From: an uncultured Verrucomicrobiae bacterium
Lineage (GTDB): Bacteria; Verrucomicrobiota; Verrucomicrobiia; Chthoniobacterales; JAFAMB01
Assembly (NCBI GenBank): GCA_963762565.1
Contig: CAVXLD010000013.1
Span: 96,001-160,000 of the forward strand
Direction: 5' to 3'
Length of the DNA: 64,000 nt
Under the pieces are notes generated by a model, which was not told the DNA's origin, made no database searches, and saw nothing but the letters and a program-made list of their open reading frames with translations. Position numbers and translations under genes: made by a program. Of this stretch, positions 10,614 to 19,985 are shown in pieces. Positions within the stretch are counted from its first letter, which is position 1. Each line of letters opens with the position of its first letter.

Positions 10614-10917
10614 GTGTAACCTATTATCCCAGGGCTTCGCGGTTCACCAGTCAGCATTTTCGGAGCTCCGCCTGCAACGCTTCGCGTAGCGATGCGGGCG
10701 TGGCGCCTTAGGCTCGCTCCGCATAACCGATAGCCAATAGCCAACGTGCAGGTGACCGGCTGAACAAGCGTTCGGTTGCGTGGACCTGGCTATTGGCTAT
10801 TGGCTATCGATGATTCCAACGCTGCAGGCGACTTCGCTGTTTCCACTTGACGCTCAGGGCCAAAGGCTCATCATGTCGCGGGTATCGGTTCGTTGCTAAC
10901 CCTTTGATGCTCTTGGC

Positions 10918-12414
10918 ATGCACGGAAATGTCGGAATGCTCGCATGGACGTTTTGTTACATTGTTGTTCTCCTCGGCCTTTCTTTTTATGGCCTCCACCG
11001 ATACTTCATCATCTATCTGTATTTTCGGTATCGGAAGCGGAACCTGAAACCACATGGCCGCTTTGCAGAACTGCCGATGGTGACAGTTCAGCTTCCCATA
11101 TTTAACGAGCGCTATGTGCTTGAACGGCTGCTGCGAGCCGTCAGCCGGATCGACTATCCGAAGGAAAAGCTGCAGATCCAAGTTCTCGACGATTCAACGG
11201 ACGAGACCAGAGACATTGCGGTCCGGGAAACGGAACGGCTGCGTCAGGCAGGGTTTGACGCGGTCTGTTTGAGGCGAGAGGGACGAGTCGGGTTCAAGGC
11301 CGGTGCGTTGGATGCCGGGTTGAACCAGGCGCGAGGCGAGTTTTTCTTGATCCTCGATGCCGATTTTGTACCGCCGCCCGAGATTCTCTCGGAGACCATT
11401 CATTATTTCACCGACTGCCGGGTTGGAATGATTCAAACTCGATGGCAGCATCTTAATCGGTCCTATTCTTGGCTGACGCGGGCGCAGGCGATCCTGCTGG
11501 ATGGCCACCTGGTTCTCGAACAAACTGCGCGCAGCTCGACCGGTCGATTCTTCAATTTCAATGGCACAGCTGGTCTCTGGCGAAAGAGCTGCATCGAAGA
11601 AGCCGGCGGGTGGCAACACGATACGTTAACCGAGGATCTGGATCTGAGCTATCGCGCCCAGCTCACGGGATGGCGCTTCGTGTTTCTGGTCGATGTCGTC
11701 ACTCCGGCGGAACTGCCCGTTGAAATGAGCGCCTTTAAAACCCAACAACATCGTTGGACGAAAGGCTCGATCCAGACCTGTAAAAAGTTGTTGCCCCGTA
11801 TCTGGACCAGCCGTTTACCGCTGTGGATTAGGGCAGAAGCGACGATTCATTTAACGTCGAATTTTACTTATTTGTTACTGGCCTTGCTTTGTGTGCTGCT
11901 GCAGCCGTCGCCAATCGGTCCTTTTGGAATCGGCGGTTGGTGGAGGGTCTGTCTCATCGATATTCCCATTCTGGCTGCCAATACTTTTGCCGCCGCCGCG
12001 TTTTATCTGGTCGCTCAGCGAGAGTTGCACCCGCAGCGTTGGTATCGCGATATTTTCTTTTTTCCTTTCGTTCTGGCGCTAGGAATTGGCATCTCGGTCA
12101 ACAACGCTCGCGCCGTTCTAGAAGCGGTTTTCAATCATCGATCCGCCTTCAATCGCACGCCGAAATACGGGATTGAGGAGAACACAAAAAAAGCTCCCTT
12201 GTTCAGTTATTCCGCGTTTAAAGCTGTACTTCCGTTTGGAGAATTGCTATTTGCGATTTATTTTGCGCGCTTTATAATCACTGCCTTTGTAGCCAAAGAA
12301 TACCTATCACTTCCTTTCTTGATGTTATTTCAAATTGGTTTTACATATGTCGCGTTCTGTTCCATTGGGGATCGCGTTAGAAGATGGCCCGGTAAACAGG
12401 TTCCTGTTCGCTAA
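10918..12414 (+). CDS. Glycosyltransferase family 2, cellulose-synthase-like membrane enzyme
   Basis: VQLPIFNE, DDSTD, FKAGAL, DADF, TEDLD, QQHRW motifs plus transmembrane segments. Confidence 0.93.
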   Translation: MHGNVGMLAWTFCYIVVLLGLSFYGLHRYFIIYLYFRYRKRNLKPHGRFAELPMVTVQLPIFNERYVLERLLRAVSRIDYPKEKLQIQVLDDSTDETRDIAVRETERLRQAGFDAVCLRREGRVGFKAGALDAGLNQARGEFFLILDADFVPPPEILSETIHYFTDCRVGMIQTRWQHLNRSYSWLTRAQAILLDGHLVLEQTARSSTGRFFNFNGTAGLWRKSCIEEAGGWQHDTLTEDLDLSYRAQLTGWRFVFLVDVVTPAELPVEMSAFKTQQHRWTKGSIQTCKKLLPRIWTSRLPLWIRAEATIHLTSNFTYLLLALLCVLLQPSPIGPFGIGGWWRVCLIDIPILAANTFAAAAFYLVAQRELHPQRWYRDIFFFPFVLALGIGISVNNARAVLEAVFNHRSAFNRTPKYGIEENTKKAPLFSYSAFKAVLPFGELLFAIYFARFIITAFVAKEYLSLPFLMLFQIGFTYVAFCSIGDRVRRWPGKQVPVR

Positions 12415-13437
12415 ATGAGACCCGCCGCACATATTGAGCTCCTTGTTGGCAGTTTGAGTCTGCTAATTGTCGTTCCCGCAGTCAGCGCCAGTGAAACAGC
12501 TTCACCTTCGGCTTCACCAGCTCAGACCTCATCCGCTGTGTCCACGTATGCTCGGACCTATTACGCTCACTCCGCAGCGTCGCCGAGTCCTGCGGCGTCG
12601 CCCGCCCGGTCAATCGTAACTTATGTGCCGCCGGCCGCACCGACCGTTCAATTGGTTGTGAGCGTTGCGGACCAAAAGCTCGCCGTGGTGGTCAATGGGA
12701 AGGTTTATAAAGACTATCGTATTTCAACGTCGCGATACGGTGAGGGTGATAATTGGGGGAGTTGGCGGACGCCCACGGGCGTGCTTCAGATCGCCGGCAA
12801 GATCGGTGCTTCGGCCCCATCCGGCGCTGTTTTCCATGACCGGCAGGTAACCGGAGAGGTGTTGCCGGCCAATGCTCCCGGGCGAGATCCAATCGTTAGC
12901 CGCATCATCTGGTTACGCGGTTTAGAGGAAGCAAATCGAAACGCCTACAAGCGGTGTATCTATATTCACGGCACACCTCAGGAAGACTTTCTTGGCCGCA
13001 AGGCAAGTTTTGGTTGTATCCGGATGCGATCTGCCGATGTGATCGAAGTTTTTAATTGGGTCAGCATCGGTACACCGGTGGCGATCCTGGAAGACCCGTT
13101 GGGAAGGGCAGTCAAAGAAGCGGATAGGGAAACAGTAAATTTGCTGGCTCAAAACTCGCCGCTGCCGGGTCGGAATGTACCGGCTGCCAAGACCGTGCCG
13201 CCAGCGACTATCGCGGCCAAAATGAACGTAGCAGCAACGGCGAAAGTCACCGAGGTGGCTAAGGCGGCCGAAATGGCGAAGGCCGATGCTCCCAAGGCAC
13301 CCGACGCTCCCAAAGCGAACGACTCAGCCAAAGTCACAGATTACCGTATCCCGTCCCCGGTCATTCAGGCCCAACGGGTTGGTCCCCCCGATCCGGTCAT
13401 GACGGCCGGTCATAAGAACGCCACGGCTGCAAATTAA
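12415..13437 (+). CDS. L,D-transpeptidase (YkuD family) with low-complexity Ala/Pro/Ser/Lys tails
   Basis: IYIHGT...ASFGCIRM catalytic motif and a signal peptide. Confidence 0.9.
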   Translation: MRPAAHIELLVGSLSLLIVVPAVSASETASPSASPAQTSSAVSTYARTYYAHSAASPSPAASPARSIVTYVPPAAPTVQLVVSVADQKLAVVVNGKVYKDYRISTSRYGEGDNWGSWRTPTGVLQIAGKIGASAPSGAVFHDRQVTGEVLPANAPGRDPIVSRIIWLRGLEEANRNAYKRCIYIHGTPQEDFLGRKASFGCIRMRSADVIEVFNWVSIGTPVAILEDPLGRAVKEADRETVNLLAQNSPLPGRNVPAAKTVPPATIAAKMNVAATAKVTEVAKAAEMAKADAPKAPDAPKANDSAKVTDYRIPSPVIQAQRVGPPDPVMTAGHKNATAAN

Positions 13438-13608
13438 GCAGGGCTTATCTTCGCCCCCCCTGATTCCCGGAGGGGAGCCGCCTGCCCGTCCCGAAGTCTT
13501 TCGGTGGCTAAGAATACCAATAGACCTTGCCGACCTACAAAGCGGCTCCCCTCCGGAGCCCTGCGAAGCGAATCCGCCGAGGTGAACGCAAATTCGGACT
13601 AGCCGCAC

Positions 13609-13783
13609 TACGCCGATACTCCAGTTCTCCATCACTCCGCTCCAACGGATTCGAGGACAGCCTGTCCGACGAAGCGCGCGCTCTATGTTGCCCGCCGCTC
13701 GAAGTCGGCCTCGCAAGCGAGGCGCGCTCCACAACCAGGCGTTGGCGAAGTCGGAAGGACGACGACGAGGACGAGGACGAAGC
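13609..13783. repeat. Composite intergenic repeat of about 170 bp
   Basis: Near copy at 49762-49924. Sub-motif gtcggcctcgcaagcgaggcgcgctccac also at about 25717, 29029, 51674 and 59931. The gacgacgaggacgag tail also occurs inverted at about 26125, 43860 and 51566. Confidence 0.88.
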
Positions 13784-13916
13784 CCCTGGTGCCGCCGCCT
13801 TACCTCTCACTTCTCGCCTCTCACCAATCACTAATCACCCCCTTTTTGCCCCCTCTCCCAGGGAGGTTCCTCCCAGCCCAGAATATCTTGCGCTTTAAGT
13901 CGTTTTTTCTTTACGA

Positions 13917-13932
13917 ACACAACATATAGTGT
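13917..13932. promoter_or_regulatory. NrdR box
   Basis: ACACAACATATAGTGT matches the acaCwAtATaTwGtgt consensus upstream of an RNR gene. Weaker candidates at 13878-13893 and 13990-14005. Confidence 0.85.
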
Positions 13933-14070
13933 TCATATTGGAGACGCTGCTCTACAGGCTGGGGTTATCATCAAATAATCACCAATTGGGCACAGGATAT
14001 TGACCGTGCAGGACAGAGTTATTGACAACTTGTGAGCAGATAAAAAATAAACCCCCTAGCAAGTACTGCG

Positions 14071-17000
14071 ATGATCAAATTAAAGTCAGGTGTGCATGCC
14101 AGCGATTTCAAGGTGCGAGGGCGCGGATCGCGTTCGGCACGGCAAAAGGGACTGACCTTTCAGAGAGTCTTCAGCACAAAAGGAAAGGCTCCTCTGGATG
14201 ACGTCGAATGGGAACGACGGACGGCGGAAATCACTGATGACAGCGGCAAGGTGATCTTCCGGCAAGAGGACGTGGAGGTGCCGAAAAACTGGAGTCCTTT
14301 GGCGACCAAGATTGCGGTCTCGAAGTACTTTTATGGTGATATCGCGCACGGAACCGATCCGCTTAAGGGAGGCCGGGAAAACTCGGTTCGGCAGCTCATC
14401 CATCGTGTGACCAGAACGATCACGGATTGGGGCGTGCAGGATGGCTACTTTTCCAGCAACCAGGCGGCAGAAACCTTTTACGATGAATTGACCTGGCTAT
14501 GCGTGAACCAGCATGGAGCTTTCAACAGTCCCGTCTGGTTCAACGTCGGGCTTTATCAACAGTACGGCATCGGCAAAGGCTCCGGGCAGGGCAACTTCTA
14601 TTTCAATCCAGAGGTTGGTCAGGCCGAAAGAGCGGCGACTCAATATGAGCATCCACAGGCATCGGCGTGCTTCATCCAAGCGGTGGATGACACGATGGAA
14701 GACATCATGCGCCTGGCCACAAGCGAGGCGATGCTTTTTAAATACGGAAGCGGCACCGGCAGCGACCTGTCGACTTTGCGTAGTACTCGAGAAAAACTGA
14801 GCGGCGGTGGACGTCCGAGTGGGCCGCTTTCATTCCTGAAGGTTTACGACCAGGTAGCCAACGTTGTGAAGAGTGGTGGCAAAACTCGGCGTGCGGCCAA
14901 GATGAACACGCTCAAAGATTGGCATCCGGACATCGAGGAGTTCATCGAGGCCAAGACGAAGGAAGAGAAGAAAGCCTGGGCGCTGATCGAGCAAGGCTAT
15001 GACGGCAGTTACAACGGGGATGCCTATGGCTCGATCATGTACCAGAACGAGAACCTGTCGATCCGGGTCAGCGACGAGTTCATGCAGGCGGCGATCGATG
15101 GTAAAGAATGGTGGACCCGACGTGTCTTAGACGGCAAGCCTTGCGAACAGAAGGAGGCCAGAACCTTGCTGCGGAAGATCGCAGAAGGCACGCATGTGTG
15201 TGGCGATCCGGGAATGCAATTCGATTCCACGATCCATCGTTGGCACACCTGCAAAGGAACCGGCCGGCAGAACTCCACCAACCCATGCTCGGAGTATCTT
15301 TTCCTGGATAATACTGCGTGCAATCTGGCGTCGCTAAACCTGATGAAGTTCAAGGCGCCGGATGGGAGCTTCGATGTCGAAAAGTTTAAGGCGGCAGTCC
15401 GGATCTACATCACGGCGCAAGAGATTCTGGTGGACAACGCTAGCTATCCAACCAAAGAGATCGCGGAGAATAGCCATATCTTCCGGACATTGGGGTTAGG
15501 GTTCGCGAATCTGGGAGCGCTGGTGATGAGTTACGGCCTGGGGTATGACAGCGATGGAGCACGAGCTCTGGCAGGTTCAATCACTGCGATCATGACCGGG
15601 CAAGCCTACGCGCACAGTGCCCGGATTGCCGAAGTCATTGGAACGTTCCCCGGTTATCACGATGCGCGTGCGACCGGAGTGCCGAACCCGGTGGCTAAGG
15701 ATAACGTGGAACCAATGCTTGAGGTTATTCGCCTGCACCGGGAATACTGTGATCGAATTCAAAGCTCAATCGAGTTTGCGGACTTGAAAGCCGAAGCGAT
15801 CAAGGCATGGAATGACGCCTTGAGTCTAGGAGAGAAATCTGGGTTCAGGAATGCGCAGGTCAGTGTGCTAGCGCCAACGGGAACGATCGGGTTCTTGATG
15901 GACTGCGATACCACAGGGATCGAGCCGGATATCGCCTTGGTGAAATACAAGCTGCTAGCCGGCGGCGGTATGTTGAAGATCGTGAACCAAACGGTGCGAC
16001 CGGCATTAGAAAAGCTGGCCTATACCGAGAGCGCGATTGAAGGCATTCTCGCGCATATCAATGAGCATGACACCATCGAGGATGTGGTCATTCCAGAAAC
16101 GAACCAGGTAATTGCCAGCGGGCTTAAGGTCGTCGCCAGCGGGCATCAGGTCGTCGCCAGCGGGCTTAAGCCCGAACATTTACCAATCTTCGATTGCGCC
16201 TTTAAGCCGTTCAAGGGCAAGCGAAGTCTGCACTATCTTGGACACCTGCGGATGATGGCGGCATGCCAACCGTTCTTAAGCGGCGCGATTTCGAAAACCG
16301 TGAATCTTCCGAACGAGGCCACGATCGAAGACATCACGGAAACCTACATCGAAGGATGGCGATTAGGATTAAAAGCGATCGCGATCTATCGAGACGGTTC
16401 CAAACGTTCCGCGCCGCTGAATACCAAGAAGACCAAGGACATGGGCGGCGAGCAGCCCTCCGCCGAGCAGGTATCGGAAGAGACAAAACGTTTGCTAGGC
16501 CGGATCGGCGAGCTCGAACGCGAGGTATCGACTTTACAACAGCCTTCTCGCCACCGGATGCCAGACACGCGGGTGTCATTGACCCATAAGTTTGAGATTG
16601 CGGGTCATGAAGGTTACATCACGGTTGGTCTATACGAGAACCAACAACCCGGCGAGCTCTTCATCCAAATGGCAAAGGAAGGGAGCACGATTGGCGGGTT
16701 GATGGATACCGTGGCGACATTGACATCACTAGCGCTGCAGTACGGGGTTCCGTTAGAGAGCCTGGTCAAAAAGTTCGCCTATCAGCGGTTCGAGCCGAGC
16801 GGTTTTACCAAGAACCCCGATATCCGGAACGCGACCAGTATTACGGATTACGTTTTCCGATGGTTAGGTTGCCAGTTTATCAAGGGCTATAAGGAAGCAA
16901 TCTCACCGAACCGTACCCAACCGGACCTGCCGATGCGCGAGATTAGCGATATCGAGAAAAAGGCGGTAAACCGGCCGGTGGCAGAATTGCCCAGAACGGC

Positions 17001-17223
17001 GGAGAAAGAGATTATCGACGTAATCACCAATCGGACAAATTCGGATGGACTGCCGATCCGAGCGAGCAACGGCCACGCCCATTCGCATGCGGAGCGAGTG
17101 CGCGAGGCGCTAGGTAACATGTATATGGATGTTACCTGTACTCACTGCGGAAGTTCGAAGGTGATTCGGGCCGGTGCTTGTGGTGTGTGTACCGAGTGTG
17201 GGACGTCGCAAGGTTGTAGTTAA
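14071..17223 (+). CDS. nrdJ: Vitamin B12-dependent (class II) ribonucleotide reductase with C-terminal TSCPD-type and Zn-ribbon regions
   Basis: FNSPVWFN, SACFI, SGGKTRRAAKM, TNPCSEY, ACNLASLN, APTGTI, SGAISKTVN, YRDGSK and terminal CxxC/CxxC-GCS. Confidence 0.96.
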   Translation: MIKLKSGVHASDFKVRGRGSRSARQKGLTFQRVFSTKGKAPLDDVEWERRTAEITDDSGKVIFRQEDVEVPKNWSPLATKIAVSKYFYGDIAHGTDPLKGGRENSVRQLIHRVTRTITDWGVQDGYFSSNQAAETFYDELTWLCVNQHGAFNSPVWFNVGLYQQYGIGKGSGQGNFYFNPEVGQAERAATQYEHPQASACFIQAVDDTMEDIMRLATSEAMLFKYGSGTGSDLSTLRSTREKLSGGGRPSGPLSFLKVYDQVANVVKSGGKTRRAAKMNTLKDWHPDIEEFIEAKTKEEKKAWALIEQGYDGSYNGDAYGSIMYQNENLSIRVSDEFMQAAIDGKEWWTRRVLDGKPCEQKEARTLLRKIAEGTHVCGDPGMQFDSTIHRWHTCKGTGRQNSTNPCSEYLFLDNTACNLASLNLMKFKAPDGSFDVEKFKAAVRIYITAQEILVDNASYPTKEIAENSHIFRTLGLGFANLGALVMSYGLGYDSDGARALAGSITAIMTGQAYAHSARIAEVIGTFPGYHDARATGVPNPVAKDNVEPMLEVIRLHREYCDRIQSSIEFADLKAEAIKAWNDALSLGEKSGFRNAQVSVLAPTGTIGFLMDCDTTGIEPDIALVKYKLLAGGGMLKIVNQTVRPALEKLAYTESAIEGILAHINEHDTIEDVVIPETNQVIASGLKVVASGHQVVASGLKPEHLPIFDCAFKPFKGKRSLHYLGHLRMMAACQPFLSGAISKTVNLPNEATIEDITETYIEGWRLGLKAIAIYRDGSKRSAPLNTKKTKDMGGEQPSAEQVSEETKRLLGRIGELEREVSTLQQPSRHRMPDTRVSLTHKFEIAGHEGYITVGLYENQQPGELFIQMAKEGSTIGGLMDTVATLTSLALQYGVPLESLVKKFAYQRFEPSGFTKNPDIRNATSITDYVFRWLGCQFIKGYKEAISPNRTQPDLPMREISDIEKKAVNRPVAELPRTAEKEIIDVITNRTNSDGLPIRASNGHAHSHAERVREALGNMYMDVTCTHCGSSKVIRAGACGVCTECGTSQGCS

Positions 17224-17769
17224 GACCGGGTGGATGAGCGCAAGCGTGGGCAACGACCGTCGGGTGGCGGCCGTTGCCCACCGATACAACGCCGGCAACG
17301 CGCGGGAGCGCCGGCATCGCCGGCAACGATGCGCTTACCGGCATTGGGTGATCTTGGGTAAATCGCTATTGCGTTATCTTAACGGGAACGGGCGATATCG
17401 CGGTTAAAGCTCGAGCACGTTCTCCGCATTCATTGTCGGGGTTGACGCGCGGCATTGGTCTATAATTGTCGCACACCCGAACCGGAGGGGAGCCGCATTC
17501 CGCTGTACCAAACCGAGGGCGAGCTGTTCCAGACATGGCGTGCTTGGTCCGATGCACGTTTTAGCTGCGGCTCCCTTAAGCGCGTGACGGGGCCCATCGA
17601 CGTGGAACCCTAGCAGGCCTGGTACGGTTCTCAGGGCGTCGCAGTTGTGGCGCACGAAAATCGTTGCACTCGATTTAAGATCCGGGAAACCCTCGACACA
17701 GCACGCCAAATGCAACGCCCCTCCGCAAGGGCTTCGGGACCGCGTTGGAATGACAGGCGCGCCAGGTTT

Positions 17770-19956
17770 CTACTGCACGAGCACTACGATCGAGCGTGGT
17801 CCCACAGTGTATTGAGTGCCGAAGACCTGCTGTTCTTGGCCAGGTTCACACAGGTCGAGTGGAGAGTTTTGGCCGGTGTCGATGACCCGATACCACGGCT
17901 TGTATGAGCCATCAATAATAGTGAATAACAACGGCTCGGTGAAAGCGTTGATCATCACGTACAGATCTTGATCACCCAAGCTTCCCCCTTTCAAATGATA
18001 GGCGAGGCTGTGTGAATTGTAGGAAAGATCAGCCGCCGGGCCTACTCCGCGCCAACGGATGTCATCTCGCCAGAACCGGCTCCGACAGATGCTCGGGTGG
18101 GCTTTACGGAATGCGATCATCAGCCGGCAAAAACGGAAGAAACCGGCGTTTTCATCCAGTCGCTTCCAATTCAACCAAGCCGTCGCGTTATCCTGATTGT
18201 AGGGGTTGTTATTTCCGCCTTGGCTGTGCAAAAACTCGTCTCCGGCCATGAACATGGGAAGGCCGTTGGAAAGCATTAGAAGGCAGAACAGATTCTTCGC
18301 CTGACGCTGTCGCAGAGCGGCAATTTCCGGGGCCAGACCTTGATCACCTTCTATCCCACAATTCCAGCTGAAATTATTAGGGGTTCCATCCTCGTTATCG
18401 AGACCGTTCGCCTGGTTGTGCCGCTCGTTGTACGACACCAAATCGTAGAGCGTGAACCCGTCATGGGAGATCACGTAATTGATGCTGTAGAACGGTCGCC
18501 GAGCTTCTTCGATCCGGTCGGGAAAGAGATCGTCGCTGCCATAAAGCCGTTGCATCAGCTTTGGCACCATGCCAGCGTCACCACGCACAAACCGGCGCAC
18601 ATCATCTCGAAACTGGCCGTTCCATTGATGCCAAAACATTCCCGGGAAACCGGTCCCTAATTGATACGCGCCGGCTGCATCCCAAGGTTCAGCAATTAGG
18701 CGGGTGTCCGCGAGGATCGGATCCGTGCGGATGGCCGAAAGCAGGGGAGGATCTTCTAGGTCGATGGAACCATCCTCAGATCGAGTTAGGATCGAGGCCA
18801 AGTCGAACCGGAACCCATCGACTTGCATCTCGGTGGCCCAATAACGCAAGCTATCAAGAATCAGATTCCGGACGAACGGATCACTAACGTCGAGGGTATT
18901 TCCAGTCCCGGAAAAGTTGGCGTACGGCTGCGCCGGATCCTGCGTCATCAGATAGAAGCTCGCATTATCGATCCCTTTGAAAGAATATTTCGGCCCGGTG
19001 TGATTTGCTTCGGCGGTGTGGTTATAAACAACGTCCAAAATGACCTCGATATCGGCGGCGTGCAGAGCAGATACCAACTCTTTGAACTCAGCGATAGCAG
19101 CCTGCTGGTTCGCCGCGTAGCGCAAGTGCGGGCAAAAGAAATTCAGGGTCATATAACCCCAGAAGTTATTCTCTTGCGGGTCGAACTGATGGACCGGCAT
19201 TAACTCGACGATGGTGACTCCAAGATCCCGTAAATAAGGAATCTTCTCGATGAGTCCGGCGAAGGTGCCCCGCTTCTCGGCGGAGATGCCACTCGACTCG
19301 CTCTCAGTGAAGCCTCGCACATGTAACTCATAAATGATGGCATCGGAATAATGACGGGGTCGCCGGCATGTCGCGTCGGAGCGAAGCGAGGCTGGAACCT
19401 GTCGCGCCGTAGTCTCCGAAGGCGGAACCTGTCGCGCCATAGTCTCCGAAGGCGGAACCTGTCGCGCCGAATCTTGCGAAGGCGGTACGGTCAAACCGAG
19501 CTCGTGCCGGATCACGCCCAAAGGGGCGCATCCGGCGTTGCTGCCCGGGCAACAAGCAGCGGCGCGACTAAAAGCCGGTGGGAAGAAAACCCGCTTCGCG
19601 TAAGGATCCAGAAGAATCTTGTCCGGATCGAACGCATGCCACTGATTCGGCCCATGTGGAACGGGGCCGTCCACCCGGTAGGCGTAATACATCGCGTCCG
19701 CCAAATGCGCTTCCGGTAACCGGCAATGCCAAACCCGTTTTGTCTTATGCGCGAGCGGGTCCAGCCAATACTCAGCCAGAGGCGTGACAAAATCGTCGGC
19801 GCCATAAAGCAAGAGCGTCACCTCGCGAGCATTTTGCGAATACAAAGCAAAATTGAATGCTTTCTCTTCGGCGATATAGGTGACACCCAATGGCATCGGG
19901 GAGCCTTCGATGGTTGGCCAAGCAATAGTCTTCGGTTGCCAAGAATTCGGATTCAC
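17770..19956 (-). CDS. glgX: Glycogen debranching enzyme / isoamylase (CBM48 + GH13)
   Basis: IIYELHVRGF, WGYMT, DVVYNHT, DGFRFDLA, IAEPWD, SHDGFTL. Confidence 0.95.
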   Translation of the reverse strand: MNPNSWQPKTIAWPTIEGSPMPLGVTYIAEEKAFNFALYSQNAREVTLLLYGADDFVTPLAEYWLDPLAHKTKRVWHCRLPEAHLADAMYYAYRVDGPVPHGPNQWHAFDPDKILLDPYAKRVFFPPAFSRAAACCPGSNAGCAPLGVIRHELGLTVPPSQDSARQVPPSETMARQVPPSETTARQVPASLRSDATCRRPRHYSDAIIYELHVRGFTESESSGISAEKRGTFAGLIEKIPYLRDLGVTIVELMPVHQFDPQENNFWGYMTLNFFCPHLRYAANQQAAIAEFKELVSALHAADIEVILDVVYNHTAEANHTGPKYSFKGIDNASFYLMTQDPAQPYANFSGTGNTLDVSDPFVRNLILDSLRYWATEMQVDGFRFDLASILTRSEDGSIDLEDPPLLSAIRTDPILADTRLIAEPWDAAGAYQLGTGFPGMFWHQWNGQFRDDVRRFVRGDAGMVPKLMQRLYGSDDLFPDRIEEARRPFYSINYVISHDGFTLYDLVSYNERHNQANGLDNEDGTPNNFSWNCGIEGDQGLAPEIAALRQRQAKNLFCLLMLSNGLPMFMAGDEFLHSQGGNNNPYNQDNATAWLNWKRLDENAGFFRFCRLMIAFRKAHPSICRSRFWRDDIRWRGVGPAADLSYNSHSLAYHLKGGSLGDQDLYVMINAFTEPLLFTIIDGSYKPWYRVIDTGQNSPLDLCEPGQEQQVFGTQYTVGPRSIVVLVQ

Positions 19957-19985
19957 GGGCGCAAAAAAGAAACGAGGACACTAGC

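Noticed and set aside
13324..13898. ORFs with recurring peptides such as MWSAPRLRGRL and PTYKAAPL
   Set aside because: The similarity comes from translation of non-coding intergenic repeats, not from a gene family.
14071..17223. Intein or intron in nrdJ, or a cobalamin riboswitch upstream
   Set aside because: No splicing motifs or large insertion and no recognisable B12-box. Regulation appears to be via NrdR boxes.
17248..17280. Intrinsic terminator after nrdJ
   Set aside because: A strong hairpin but no U-tract. More likely another REP-like palindrome.
17442..17466. TTGACG...TATAAT promoter look-alike
   Set aside because: The spacer is only 13 bp and no credible + strand gene follows.
19370..19485. 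CRISPR-like 30-bp repeats
   Set aside because: Units are head-to-tail with no unique spacers, lie in frame within glgX, and no cas genes are present.
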